The translations under genes and the position numbers were made by a program. The notes beneath the pieces were generated by a model that was not told the DNA's origin, searched no databases, and saw nothing but the letters and a program-made list of their open reading frames with translations. Positions 35,876 to 45,416 of a DNA stretch of 64,000 nt are shown here, piece by piece (position 1 is the first letter of the stretch; every line of letters starts with the position of its first letter). Location: NCBI GenBank assembly GCA_965232515.1, contig CBDDPY010000002.1:5536001-5600000 (forward strand). Direction: 5' to 3'. This DNA comes from Alphaproteobacteria bacterium. GTDB lineage: Bacteria; Pseudomonadota; Alphaproteobacteria; GCA-2731375.

Positions 35876-36385
35876 ATGATACCGAGAGCGACGGAACGGC
35901 TGCGTTTCCGGGAGATGCGGCCCGTCGACGTCGACGATCTCTACACGATGTTTGCGGACGCCGCCGCGCGCCGGTTCTATCCGCGCATGCGCGACGTCAC
36001 GCACGTGCGCGGCTGGATCGACTGGAACCTGCAGAACTATCAACGCCACGGCTTCGGTCTCTGGGCGCTGCACCGCATCGATACCGGCGTCTTCGTTGGC
36101 GATTGCGGCCTGACCTTTCAGCCGGTGGAGGGCGCGGACGCGCTCGAGATCGGCTATCACGTCACCGCGGCCGAGCGCGGCAAGGGCTTCGCGGTCGAGG
36201 CGGCGACGGCGGTGCTGGCGCACGGCTTCGGCGTCACCGACGCCGACCGCATCTGCTCGATTGTCGCGCCGGACAATGCCGCGTCGATCCGCGTCGCGTC
36301 GCGCGTGCACGCATCGCGGCGCCGCTTCACGAACGCCGAAGGCGACGAGCGGCTGCTGTTCCATACCGAGCGCTCGTCGCTTTGA
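35876..36385 (+). CDS. GNAT (RimJ/RimL-type) acetyltransferase
   Basis: TERLRFR, FVGDCGL, EIGYH, RGKGFAVEAA, NAASIRV. Confidence 0.92.
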   Translation: MIPRATERLRFREMRPVDVDDLYTMFADAAARRFYPRMRDVTHVRGWIDWNLQNYQRHGFGLWALHRIDTGVFVGDCGLTFQPVEGADALEIGYHVTAAERGKGFAVEAATAVLAHGFGVTDADRICSIVAPDNAASIRVASRVHASRRRFTNAEGDERLLFHTERSSL

Positions 36386-36485
36386 TGCCCGCACGCCGTC
36401 AACGTGCGTAATCGCGCGATGACGGGAATGTCAATGAAGTGTCACTGGAATGTCGGCGCGCGCGGTGCTTCGTTCCCTTTACTAA

Positions 36486-37280
36486 ATGCTTTCGGAGGAC
36501 ACCGACGTGAAACGACGGCGTTTTTTACAGGCAGGCGCGGCATTGCTGACCTGCCCGATTTGCACAGGACTGGCCGGGCGGGCCGCGTGGGCGGCGGGCG
36601 ATAAGCCGCATTGGTCGTACCACGGTGCGACCGGGCCCGACGCCTGGGGCACGCTGGATCCGGCCTATGGCGCTTGCGGCGCCGGCACGCAGCAATCGCC
36701 GATCGATCTCGCCGGCGCCGTGAAGGCGGATTTGCCGCCGATTGCCGTTCAGTGGAAGCCGGTCAAGCTCGACGCGGTCGTCAACAACGGCCACACTATT
36801 CAGGTCAACACGGCCACCGGCGGCCACATGGTACTCGACGGGGCGCGGTACGACCTGCTGCAGTTCCACTTCCACCACATGAGCGAGCACACCCTCGACG
36901 GCAGGCAGTTCCCGCTCGAGGTGCACTTCGTGCACAAGGCGACCGGCGGCAACGGGCTTGCGGTGATCGGCGTGTTCTTCGCCGAGGGCGCCGAGAACGC
37001 GACGCTGGCGCCGATCTGGCAGGCCATGCCCGAGCGCGAGGGCGAGGCGTCGAGTAGCGCTACGGTGGATCCGGCGACACTTCTGCCGGCCTCGCGCACG
37101 GCCTTTCGTTATGCCGGCTCGCTGACGACGCCGCCCTGTTCCGAGATCGTCAATTGGACCGTCTTCGGCGAGCCGCTATCGGCGTCCTCGGGCCAGATCG
37201 CTGCCTTCGCCAAGATGTTCCCGAACAACTTCCGCCCGGTGCAGCCGCGCAACCGCCGCTTCCTGCTGTCCTCGGGCTGA
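36486..37280 (+). CDS. Alpha-class carbonic anhydrase, Tat-exported
   Basis: RRRFL signal, HWSY, QSPID, QFHFH, EVHFVH, GSLTTPPCSE; start may be GTG at 36507. Confidence 0.95.
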   Translation: MLSEDTDVKRRRFLQAGAALLTCPICTGLAGRAAWAAGDKPHWSYHGATGPDAWGTLDPAYGACGAGTQQSPIDLAGAVKADLPPIAVQWKPVKLDAVVNNGHTIQVNTATGGHMVLDGARYDLLQFHFHHMSEHTLDGRQFPLEVHFVHKATGGNGLAVIGVFFAEGAENATLAPIWQAMPEREGEASSSATVDPATLLPASRTAFRYAGSLTTPPCSEIVNWTVFGEPLSASSGQIAAFAKMFPNNFRPVQPRNRRFLLSSG

Positions 37281-37312
37281 CGGCAGCGTTCGGTGCCGGG
37301 CGCTTGCGGGCC

Positions 37313-37783
37313 TTACTCGATGCGGACCTGGCCCTGCATGCCGAAGACGTCGTGCAGGGGAACCGAGCATTCGAACGCGTATGTCCCTTTGACGATCGGC
37401 ACGAAATAGAGCTGCTTCGACTGCCCGGCGGGCACCGCGATCGTCTCCGGATAGGGGTTGGCGATCTCGCCGTCGGCGGAGACCAGCCTTTGCGCGGCGA
37501 TCGCCTTGAAGAACGCCTCGGAGCGGAACGTGTGGGGCCGGTCGCCGTCGTTCCTCAGCGTGAGACGTGTCGGAACGCCGGCTCGGAAGACCGGGGCGTC
37601 GGGCGCGAAGCTGAACTCCGATAAGGTCAGGGTAACGTCCTCGGTCGCCGACCAGTCCGCTGCGGCGACGCGCGCTGCGGCGTCCGGCAGATATCCCGCC
37701 GGCGGTTCGCGCGACACGATGTCGCCGCGCGCGCAAGCGATCAATGCGAGGGGCAGAACCAGGCTGAGAATGCGCATTCGCAT
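37313..37783 (-). CDS. Cupredoxin-domain lipoprotein
   Basis: Lipobox LIAC, PHTF, CSVPLH...GM type-1 copper ligands. Confidence 0.85.
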   Translation of the reverse strand: MRMRILSLVLPLALIACARGDIVSREPPAGYLPDAAARVAAADWSATEDVTLTLSEFSFAPDAPVFRAGVPTRLTLRNDGDRPHTFRSEAFFKAIAAQRLVSADGEIANPYPETIAVPAGQSKQLYFVPIVKGTYAFECSVPLHDVFGMQGQVRIE

Positions 37784-37800
37784 CGGATCTTGATCCGTTG

Positions 37801-38106
37801 CTATTCCTCGGGCTCGGTGGTGAACGAGAGTGGGTGGCCGGCGCGGCGGCCGGCGTCGGTGGCTTCCGTCGCCTTGGTCTCGGCCACATCGCGGGTATAG
37901 ACGGCGACGACGCAGGCGCCGCGCCGGTGCGCCGTCATCATCACCTTGTAGGACTGCTCCTCGCTCATGCCGAAGAACGCCTTCAGCACCACGACGACGA
38001 ACTCGCGCGGCGTGAAGTCGTCGTTCAGCAGGATGACCTTGTGCAGAGGCGGCCGCTTGGTCTTCGGCTTGACCTTGGTCTTCGGCTTGGTGACGAGGTC
38101 GCTCAT
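37801..38106 (-). CDS. clpS: ATP-dependent Clp protease adaptor ClpS
   Basis: KVILLNDDFTPREFV, MMTAHRRG, DVAETKA, HPLSFTTEPEE. Confidence 0.95.
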   Translation of the reverse strand: MSDLVTKPKTKVKPKTKRPPLHKVILLNDDFTPREFVVVVLKAFFGMSEEQSYKVMMTAHRRGACVVAVYTRDVAETKATEATDAGRRAGHPLSFTTEPEE

Positions 38107-38150
38107 GGCACCACCCAACGCCCGGTGACGGGGCAACGGCGCAGTAGACG

Positions 38151-38789
38151 TTAGTCTCGCAAAACGCGGCGCCGGCGTCCATGCGGTGTCGGTGCGGTGG
38201 GCTCGCTCAGCAGCGTCTTCATGATCGTTGCCTTCAGCACCGCCGCTGCCCGCTTCGGTGGCCAATCGCGCTCAACCACCAACAGGCTCCAGACCTGTAC
38301 GGACGATGCGACCCAGACGTAATCGGCGGCGTCGTCGACGGTCCAGGGCGGTGCCAGTGCGCCGTCGGCCGCGACCGTTTGCAGCAATTCGCGCAGCCAG
38401 GACCTGAGCTCCGCCATGCGGTCTTCCCAGGCTGCCGATGCATCCGGGTCGGTCGCCCGCAGTCGGATCAGGTCCGTCGCCACCGGCAGGATCTTCGGCA
38501 CGAAGGCGAGCCAGGCGTCGAGGCAGGCCGCCAGCCGATCGGCGGCGGTCGGCGCGGCCATGGCGGCGAGGAAGCCCTCGCGGATCGCGAACCGCTCGTC
38601 GGCACGCTTGACCAGCGCCATCAGCAGGCCGCCCCGCGTGCCGAAATGCAAATAGACAGCTTGACGGCTGATCCCGGCCGACTTGGCGATCTCCGCCATC
38701 GACACCTCCGTGCCGCGGATGGCGATCAGATCCCAGGCGGCGTCCAGGATCTCCATTTGGGTCTTGGCGGACCGAACGTTTCTTGACAC
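38151..38789 (-). CDS. TetR/AcrR family regulator
   Basis: ILDAAW...SMAEIAKSAGISRQAVYLHFGTR; start GTG at 38789 or ATG at 38756. Confidence 0.92.
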   Translation of the reverse strand: MSRNVRSAKTQMEILDAAWDLIAIRGTEVSMAEIAKSAGISRQAVYLHFGTRGGLLMALVKRADERFAIREGFLAAMAAPTAADRLAACLDAWLAFVPKILPVATDLIRLRATDPDASAAWEDRMAELRSWLRELLQTVAADGALAPPWTVDDAADYVWVASSVQVWSLLVVERDWPPKRAAAVLKATIMKTLLSEPTAPTPHGRRRRVLRD

Positions 38790-38822
38790 GTGTAAAGCGA
38801 TACCAATATTGACACGTGTCAA
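38783..38822. promoter_or_regulatory. Twin palindromic TetR operators
   Basis: TTGACACGTGTAAA (38783-38796) and perfect TTGACACGTGTCAA (38809-38822) between divergent genes. Confidence 0.8.
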
Positions 38823-38837
38823 GTTTAAGGAGCGGAC

Positions 38838-39308
38838 ATGACGAACGTCAATCTTCAGCGCGACGAACAGCTACGACAGCTCGGCGAATGGTACGGCGAC
38901 GGACAGGACGGCGCCTGTCCAACGTCGGACCAGTGGCGGCGCATCCTCGAGCGGCCGGCGGACAAGTCGATCACGTTGATCAACTTCTTCAAGCTCCGCG
39001 AAACCGCCCGTTATCCGGTCGGCGCGCAACCGGAGGCGGGCGCGATCTCGGGCGAGGACGCTTTCGGCAGGTATTCGGCCGTCAGCATGCCAACCATGCA
39101 GCGCGTGGGCGGCCGTTTCCTTTTGGTCGGTCCCTACGAAGGCATGTTCCAGGGCGAGGACGAAGACTGGGACCTGATCGCCATCGGTGCCTATCCCGAT
39201 CTGCAATCGTTTCTCGGTCTCTACACCGATCCCGACTACCGCGCCGTGTTCCACCACCGCACCGCCGCCTGCGCGCGGCAGAAGGTCGTCGTTTGCGCCG
39301 GCGGCTAG
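38838..39308 (+). CDS. DUF1330-like protein
   Basis: LINFFKLR, SGEDAFGRY, WDLIAIGAYP, HRTAA. Confidence 0.75.
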   Translation: MTNVNLQRDEQLRQLGEWYGDGQDGACPTSDQWRRILERPADKSITLINFFKLRETARYPVGAQPEAGAISGEDAFGRYSAVSMPTMQRVGGRFLLVGPYEGMFQGEDEDWDLIAIGAYPDLQSFLGLYTDPDYRAVFHHRTAACARQKVVVCAGG

Positions 39309-39333
39309 CCCCGCCAGGCGCTCGGCGCGCCGG

Positions 39334-39786
39334 TCAGCCGGGCGCCATGCCCTTGGCGGTCAGTTCCTCGACGGCGCTGTCGCTCTTGGCGAGGCCGTCG
39401 AGGCCCATGCCGCGCAGCACGTGCGGCGCCTTGGTGAACTGGATATTCTGATAGCCGACGATCTCGATGCGGTTGCCCCAGGGATCGAGGAAATCCAGGA
39501 ACGGGCCGGGCAGGGGCTCGACACCCATCTCGGCGAGCGCCTCTCGCACCGCCTCCTTGTCGTCGACCACCAAACCCAGATGCCGGTCGTCGTCGGGCGC
39601 CTGCCGCCGGCCTTTCGACAGCGCCAGGAACTGATCGCCAAGGTCGATGAAGGCTGACGTCGCGCTTCTGCTGCGCAGCGTGAAGTCGACAAAGCGGCCG
39701 TAGAAGTCGATCGCCTCGTCGATATCGCCGACCTCGAGCGCCACGTGATTGAAGCCGACGGCCCGGGCTTTCCTGCTGTCCGCCAT
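39334..39786 (-). CDS. VOC/glyoxalase family protein
   Basis: NHVALEVGD, HLGLVVDD, FLDPWGNRIE. Confidence 0.9.
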   Translation of the reverse strand: MADSRKARAVGFNHVALEVGDIDEAIDFYGRFVDFTLRSRSATSAFIDLGDQFLALSKGRRQAPDDDRHLGLVVDDKEAVREALAEMGVEPLPGPFLDFLDPWGNRIEIVGYQNIQFTKAPHVLRGMGLDGLAKSDSAVEELTAKGMAPG

Positions 39787-39903
39787 AACTGTTCTCCTGA
39801 AGCCGGAAAAAAGCTTTGTTCGTTCGGCGCGCGAGTTCCCCCGCGCAATCGATCTATGTTCATATGTAGGTTGTAATACGATCGGCCACAAAGGCCGACT
39901 CTT

Positions 39904-39980
39904 GACCCATCCCGCTCCCCCACCCGACCACCCACGGGAGTATGCTTGATGGGTGGTCGGGTGGGGGAGCGGGATGGGTC
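39904..39980. repeat. Long perfect inverted repeat (31-bp arms, 15-nt spacer)
   Basis: GACCCATCCCGCTCCCCCACCCGACCACCCA and its exact complement. Confidence 0.9.
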
Positions 39981-40037
39981 GAGCCCAATGACCATTGGTA
40001 TGACGCGCGGCGAGTGAACCGCTGCCGAGGGGAAAGC

Positions 40038-40625
40038 ATGCGACGTGTCGGTATTCGTTTCGGGCTCGGCCTGTTGTTGACGTTTCTTGCGCTCGCGGCG
40101 GCGCGGGCGCAGGACGCGCCGCTCGCCACCGGCGCCGTCAGCGCGTCGGCCCGCGGCGAGGTAACGCCCAGCACCGAACTGCTGGTGCGCCCGCCCGACG
40201 CCTCGCCTTTGAGCCAGGACATCGCTGCCTTTATCGCGGCCGAGCTGCGCGATCGCGGCTACCGCGTCGGCCAGGGCGGCGGCTATGTGATGAATTTCCG
40301 GCTGATCCGCGACGCCGACAATCTGCGCGAACGGCGGTCGCCGCTCGAGCTGCGCGGCGATGTCGGCAGCGCCAGCGAAAGCACGGTCGAACTGCTCTAT
40401 AACTTCCGGGTTCTGCGCAACGATCAGCCGCCGACGCCGCGGCGCCGGCCCGACCGGCGGCGCGATTTCACGCTGACGCTATTGGACCGCGACAACCAGA
40501 CCGTCTGGGACGCCCGCGTCAGCGCCAGCAGCGCCAGCGACGACGACTACGCCGTGATCATCAGCCTGCTGCCGGCTGTGCTTGACCGCCTCGGCCGCGA
40601 GGCCGTGGACGAACGCATCCCCTGA
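40038..40625 (+). CDS. Secreted hypothetical protein
   Basis: GGGGAAAG RBS, signal peptide ending ARA-Q, TVWDARV C-terminal strand. Confidence 0.65.
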   Translation: MRRVGIRFGLGLLLTFLALAAARAQDAPLATGAVSASARGEVTPSTELLVRPPDASPLSQDIAAFIAAELRDRGYRVGQGGGYVMNFRLIRDADNLRERRSPLELRGDVGSASESTVELLYNFRVLRNDQPPTPRRRPDRRRDFTLTLLDRDNQTVWDARVSASSASDDDYAVIISLLPAVLDRLGREAVDERIP

Positions 40626-40869
40626 CGCGGCCGCGGTCCGGGCGAGGCCGCGGTATCCCACCATGTGACCGCGCAGGCGGCCCGTTTCCCATTTCCGATC
40701 AAATCCGCGTGTCGATCACGGGTTCCTAATCTGGTTGGTTGGGATATCATTGGGACCATGTACGCGTACGTAAGCAATAGGAGTAACCCTTAGATAAGTG
40801 AAAATTTGACGGCCCGTACCCGGTGCCAAAGCTGCCGCGTCGGACCACAACAGAGGAGGAAACCCAATC

Positions 40870-42213
40870 ATGGCGAAACCTAAAAAACAATCACGCCGCC
40901 AGTTCCTCGCATCGACCGCGGCGGTATCGGCAACCGCGTTCGCGGCGCCGTATGTCAAGCGAGCCTATGCCGCCGGATCGTTGTCCGTCGGGCTCTGGGA
41001 CCACTGGGTGCCGGGCGCGAACGAGGCGACCAAGGCCCTCGTCGACGAGTGGTCGAAGAAAGAGAATGTCGAGGTCAAGCTCGACTTCATCACCTCGCAG
41101 GGCCGCAAGATCCTGCTGACCCAGGCCGCCGAGGCGCAGGCCGGATCGGGTCATGACATCCTGCCGTTCTCGACCTGGTATCCGGCGCAATACGCCGAAA
41201 AGCTCGAGCCCATGAACGACATCGTCGATCCGTTGATCGCCCAGAACGGCGCCGTCAACGGCACGGTCGAGTATCTCGGCAAGGTCGACGGCAAGTGGCT
41301 CGGCGTGCCGGCGACCGTCGGCAGCCAGATGAAGGGTCCGTGCTCGCGCATCGATCTGTTGAAAAAGCATGCCGGCATCGACATCCAGGCGATGTATCCC
41401 GCCGGCGCCGCGCCGAAGGACGAGGACTGGAACCTCGACACCTTCATGGCGGCGGCCAAGGCCTGCCACGCCGGCGGCAATCCGTTCGGCATCGGCCTCG
41501 GTATCACGTCGGACAGCGTCGATTCCGTTGGCGCCTTCTTCCATGCCTTCGGCGCCGAGCTGGTCGACGAGAACGGCGACATCACGGTGAGCTCGCCGGA
41601 AGTCGAGGCGGCGCTCAACTATATGGCGGAGCTCGGCCCGCTGCTGGCGCCGGACGCGCCGGCCTGGGACGATTCCTCCAACAACAAGTGGCTGGTCTCC
41701 GGCCGCGGCTCGATGATCATGAACCCGCCGAGCGCCTGGGCCGTTGCCAAGCGCGACGCGCCCGAGATCGCCGAGCAGTGCTGGACGCACGGCTTCCCCG
41801 CCGGTCCGAACGGCCGCTACGGTCCGTTCCTGCCGTTCTTCTGGGGCATCTGGGGCTTCAGCCAGCAGAAAGAAGCGGCCAAGAGCCTGCTCGTGCATCT
41901 GTCGCAACCGGACGCCGCGTTGAAGATGGTCGAGGCCAGCGGCGGCTATGACATCCCGGCCTTCGCGAACCTGACCAAGTTCGACACCTGGGGCAACGTC
42001 GAGCCGCCGAAGGGCACGCTCTACCATTATCCGGATCCGCACGGCCATCAGGTCCTGTCGATCGCTGCGGCGCCGGCGCCGCACAAGATCGCGGTGCAGA
42101 TCTATGCCCAGGGCGTGATGCCGAAAATGGTCGTCCGCATGATGCAGGGCGAGGCCATGAAGGACACGCTCCGCTGGGCCGAAAGCGAAGTCGAAGGCTT
42201 CATGCGCACCTAA
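40870..42213 (+). CDS. Carbohydrate-family ABC transporter substrate-binding protein (Tat)
   Basis: SRRQFL signal, WDHWVPG, NPPSAW; first gene of an ABC operon. Confidence 0.92.
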   Translation: MAKPKKQSRRQFLASTAAVSATAFAAPYVKRAYAAGSLSVGLWDHWVPGANEATKALVDEWSKKENVEVKLDFITSQGRKILLTQAAEAQAGSGHDILPFSTWYPAQYAEKLEPMNDIVDPLIAQNGAVNGTVEYLGKVDGKWLGVPATVGSQMKGPCSRIDLLKKHAGIDIQAMYPAGAAPKDEDWNLDTFMAAAKACHAGGNPFGIGLGITSDSVDSVGAFFHAFGAELVDENGDITVSSPEVEAALNYMAELGPLLAPDAPAWDDSSNNKWLVSGRGSMIMNPPSAWAVAKRDAPEIAEQCWTHGFPAGPNGRYGPFLPFFWGIWGFSQQKEAAKSLLVHLSQPDAALKMVEASGGYDIPAFANLTKFDTWGNVEPPKGTLYHYPDPHGHQVLSIAAAPAPHKIAVQIYAQGVMPKMVVRMMQGEAMKDTLRWAESEVEGFMRT

Positions 42214-42231
42214 ACGCGCGGCGACAGCCAT

Positions 42232-42278
42232 GGCACCCATCGGATCGGATCCGCATCGCGGATCTGCCGGTGGGTGCC
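42232..42278 (+). other. Intercistronic stem-loop after the SBP gene
   Basis: GGCACCCATCGG..CGGATCCGC-ATC-GCGGATCTG-CCGGTGGGTGCC; G-T pairs favour the + strand. Confidence 0.65.
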
Positions 42279-42313
42279 GCTTCGGTCCCTAACCACAATC
42301 TGCGAGCGCACCG

Positions 42314-43240
42314 ATGGCAGAAGCAATCGTGCAGCCCGGCGCAAAGCCGGCGAAACGGCGTAATGGCATGCGGCGCATGTTGCAACGCAAGTCGACCATC
42401 GCCTTCCTGATGACCTTGCCCCTGATCCTGCTGATCGGCCTGCTGGTGCTCTATCCGGCCGGCTTTGCCGTCCACCTCGCGACGCTGAACAAGGGCATGA
42501 CGAAATTCGTCGGCTTCGGCAATTTCGAGTTCCTGTTCGGCCGCGAGACCTTCTGGATGGTCGTGAAGCAGTCCTGCATCTTCGCGATTACCGCCGTCAT
42601 CTTCAAAGCGCTCATCGGCTTCATCGTCGCGCACTTCGTGCACAACATCCCCAGCAAAGGCCAGCGCAAGTGGCGCGGCATGCTGCTGGTGCCCTGGGTG
42701 ATCCCGCCGGCCATGAGCACGCTCGCCTGGCTCTGGCTGTTCGATCCGTCCTACAGCGCCTTCAACTGGGTGTTGAATTCGCTCGGCGCCGAGTCGGTTC
42801 CCTGGACCGGCGACGCCTATTGGGCGCGCTTCTCGGTCATCCTGGTGAACATCTGGATCGGCTCGCCGTTCTTCATGATCATGTATCTGGCGGCGCTCAA
42901 ATCGGTGCCGGATCAACTGTACGAGGCCGCCCTTATCGACGGCGCCAACTGGTGGCAGCGCATCTGGTACATCACGCTGCCGATGATGCGGAACATCATC
43001 GCCATCACGGCTTTGTTCTCGCTGATCGTCACCTTCGCCAACTTCGACATCGTGCGCATCCTCACCGCGGGCGGCCCGCTCGACAAGACGCATGTCTTCG
43101 CCACCTGGGCCTTCGTGGTCGGCATCGAGAGTGGCGACATCCCGCTCGGCGCCAGCGTGTCCTTGTTCATGATGCCGTTCCTGGCCATCGCCGCGATCAT
43201 CATTCTGCGCGACGTCACCAAACGGGGGAACGAAGCATGA
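42314..43240 (+). CDS. Carbohydrate ABC transporter permease
   Basis: TM helices and EAA loop LYEAALIDGA. Confidence 0.95.
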   Translation: MAEAIVQPGAKPAKRRNGMRRMLQRKSTIAFLMTLPLILLIGLLVLYPAGFAVHLATLNKGMTKFVGFGNFEFLFGRETFWMVVKQSCIFAITAVIFKALIGFIVAHFVHNIPSKGQRKWRGMLLVPWVIPPAMSTLAWLWLFDPSYSAFNWVLNSLGAESVPWTGDAYWARFSVILVNIWIGSPFFMIMYLAALKSVPDQLYEAALIDGANWWQRIWYITLPMMRNIIAITALFSLIVTFANFDIVRILTAGGPLDKTHVFATWAFVVGIESGDIPLGASVSLFMMPFLAIAAIIILRDVTKRGNEA

Positions 43241-44151
43241 CGACGGCCGCTCCTTCGATCGACCGTGGCGCACCGACCCGGCCGCGCTATGGCAGCATGC
43301 GGCGCAGCCGCCAATGGGCGCTGCGCTGGTCCTATTTCTTCCTGGTGCTGTTCGCGATCTTCTTCCTGCTGCCGCCGATCTACATGCTGATCACGTCGCT
43401 CAAGACCAGCGCCGAGATCTCGGCGGCGACCAATCCCTGGTGGGTGTTCAACCCGACGCTCGAAAACTACATCGAGCTGCTGACCACGGATCAGTATCTG
43501 GTCTTCTTCCGCAACTCGGCCATGGTCTCGATCATCGTCGTGACCTTGACCATGCTGATCAGCGTGCCCGCCGCCTTCGCGCTCTCGCGCATGAAGTTCT
43601 GGGGCTCGGCGACGCTGGCGACCGGCGTCTTCCTCACTTACCTGGTGCCCGAGACGCTGCTGTTCATCCCGCTGTTCAAGATCTTCGCCGAGTTCCGCAA
43701 CATCACCGGCATCGAGCTGATCAACAACTGGTGGGTGCTGCTGATCCTCTATCCGACGCTGACCGTGCCGTTCTGCACCTGGATCATGATCGGCTATTTC
43801 GCCTCGATCCCGAAGGAGCTGGACGAGGCGGCGTTGCTCGACGGCGCGACCTGGATTCAGACGCTGACCAAGGTGTTCATTCCGGTGGCGCTGCCGGGCC
43901 TGATCGCCGCGACCATTTTCGCCTTCACCGTCTCCTGGGCTCAGTTCCTCTATCCCCTTGCGTTTACCACATCGGTGGAGGAACTGGTGCTGCCGGTCGG
44001 CATCGTCACCACGCTGATCAAAGGCGACGTCTTCAACTGGGGTCAGATCATGACCGGCGCGCTGCTCGGCGCGGCGCCGCCGTTGATCATCTATGCCTTC
44101 CTGATGGACTATTACATCGCCGGCCTGACCTCCGGCGCGACAAAGGGGTAA
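43237..44151 (+). CDS. Carbohydrate ABC transporter permease
   Basis: IPKELDEAALLDGA EAA loop; ATGA overlap with the upstream gene. Confidence 0.95.
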   Translation: MTTAAPSIDRGAPTRPRYGSMRRSRQWALRWSYFFLVLFAIFFLLPPIYMLITSLKTSAEISAATNPWWVFNPTLENYIELLTTDQYLVFFRNSAMVSIIVVTLTMLISVPAAFALSRMKFWGSATLATGVFLTYLVPETLLFIPLFKIFAEFRNITGIELINNWWVLLILYPTLTVPFCTWIMIGYFASIPKELDEAALLDGATWIQTLTKVFIPVALPGLIAATIFAFTVSWAQFLYPLAFTTSVEELVLPVGIVTTLIKGDVFNWGQIMTGALLGAAPPLIIYAFLMDYYIAGLTSGATKG

Positions 44152-44155
44152 GTCG

Positions 44156-45256
44156 ATGGCTGAGGTTTCGCTGCAACATCTGGTCAAGCGCTTCGATGAG
44201 GTCGAGGCCGTCGCCGGCATCGATCTCGCCATCGACGATCAGGAATTCGTCGTGCTGGTCGGCCCCTCCGGCTGCGGCAAGTCCACCACGCTGCGCATGA
44301 TCGCCGGCCTGGAAGACATCACCGCCGGCGACATCCGCATCGGCGGCGACGTCATCAACGACGTGCCGCCCAAGGACCGGGACATCGCCATGGTGTTCCA
44401 GAACTATGCGCTTTATCCGCATATGACGGTGTCCGAGAACATGTCCTTCGGCCTGCGCCTGAAGCGGTTTCCCAAGGCCGAGATCCGTCAGCGTGTCGAC
44501 GAGGCCGCGCGCATCCTCAACATCACCGACTTGCTCGACCGCAAGCCGCGCCAGCTCTCCGGCGGCCAGCGTCAGCGTGTGGCCATGGGCCGCGCCATCG
44601 TGCGCAATCCCAAGGTTTTCCTGTTCGACGAGCCGCTCTCGAACCTCGACGCCAAGCTGCGCGTGCAGATGCGCACCGAGATCAAGCGCGTGCATCAAAA
44701 AGTGCCAGTGACGACGATCTACGTCACCCACGACCAGGTCGAGGCGATGACGCTCGCCGACCGCGTCGTGGTCATGAACAACGGCCTGATCGAGCAGGTC
44801 GACGCGCCGAACGTGCTCTACCATTCGCCGGCGACCCGCTTCGTCGCCGGCTTCATCGGCTCGCCGGCCATGAACTTCCTGCCCTGCCAGCTCGAGCAGA
44901 ACGCCGACGCGCTGACGCTGCACCTGTCGGACGAGATCCGGCTGCCGCTGCCGGCCGCGCGCACCGAGCGCTACCGCGCCTATGTCGGCCGCCCGCTGCT
45001 GTTCGGCCTGCGCCCCGAGCACCTGACCGAGGTCCGGCCCCACGCCAACGGGGGCGAGATGGCCGAGCTCACGGCCACGCCCGACGTGGTCGAGCCCATG
45101 GGCATGGAGACGCTTGTGTACTTCTCCGTCGACGGCGAGGAAGTCTGCGCCCGCCTCGATCCCGTCGCGGCGCCGCAGGTCGATCAGCCCATCGGCCTCG
45201 CCGCCAACCTCGGCCACATGCACCTCATCGACCCCGACACCGACCGCGTCCTCTAA
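44156..45256 (+). CDS. MalK/UgpC-type ABC ATP-binding protein
   Basis: GPSGCGKS, LSGGQRQR, DEPLSNLDA, TOBE-like C-terminus. Confidence 0.96.
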   Translation: MAEVSLQHLVKRFDEVEAVAGIDLAIDDQEFVVLVGPSGCGKSTTLRMIAGLEDITAGDIRIGGDVINDVPPKDRDIAMVFQNYALYPHMTVSENMSFGLRLKRFPKAEIRQRVDEAARILNITDLLDRKPRQLSGGQRQRVAMGRAIVRNPKVFLFDEPLSNLDAKLRVQMRTEIKRVHQKVPVTTIYVTHDQVEAMTLADRVVVMNNGLIEQVDAPNVLYHSPATRFVAGFIGSPAMNFLPCQLEQNADALTLHLSDEIRLPLPAARTERYRAYVGRPLLFGLRPEHLTEVRPHANGGEMAELTATPDVVEPMGMETLVYFSVDGEEVCARLDPVAAPQVDQPIGLAANLGHMHLIDPDTDRVL

Positions 45257-45278
45257 CGGTGTCGCGAACAAAATGGGG

Positions 45279-45380
45279 TTCACCACAAAGACACGAAGAC
45301 ACAAAGAACCAAAAGGTTTGTTGGCGCGAAGCGCCGAAAAAGCAGGTTTGTTCTTCGTGTCTTTGCGTCTTTGTGGTTCA
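45279..45380. repeat. ~100-bp CACCAC-ended palindromic element, copy A
   Basis: Arms CACCACAAAGACACGAAGACACAAAGAA / TTCTTCGTGTCTTTGCGTCTTTGTGGT; central GGCGC-GAA-GCGCC. Confidence 0.85.
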
Positions 45381-45416
45381 AAAATCCGGGATCACCACCG
45401 GCACCGTGCCTGATGA

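Noticed and set aside
40760-40769. GTACGCGTAC palindrome upstream of the ABC operon
   Set aside because: Plausible operator but short, with no adjacent cognate regulator to support it.
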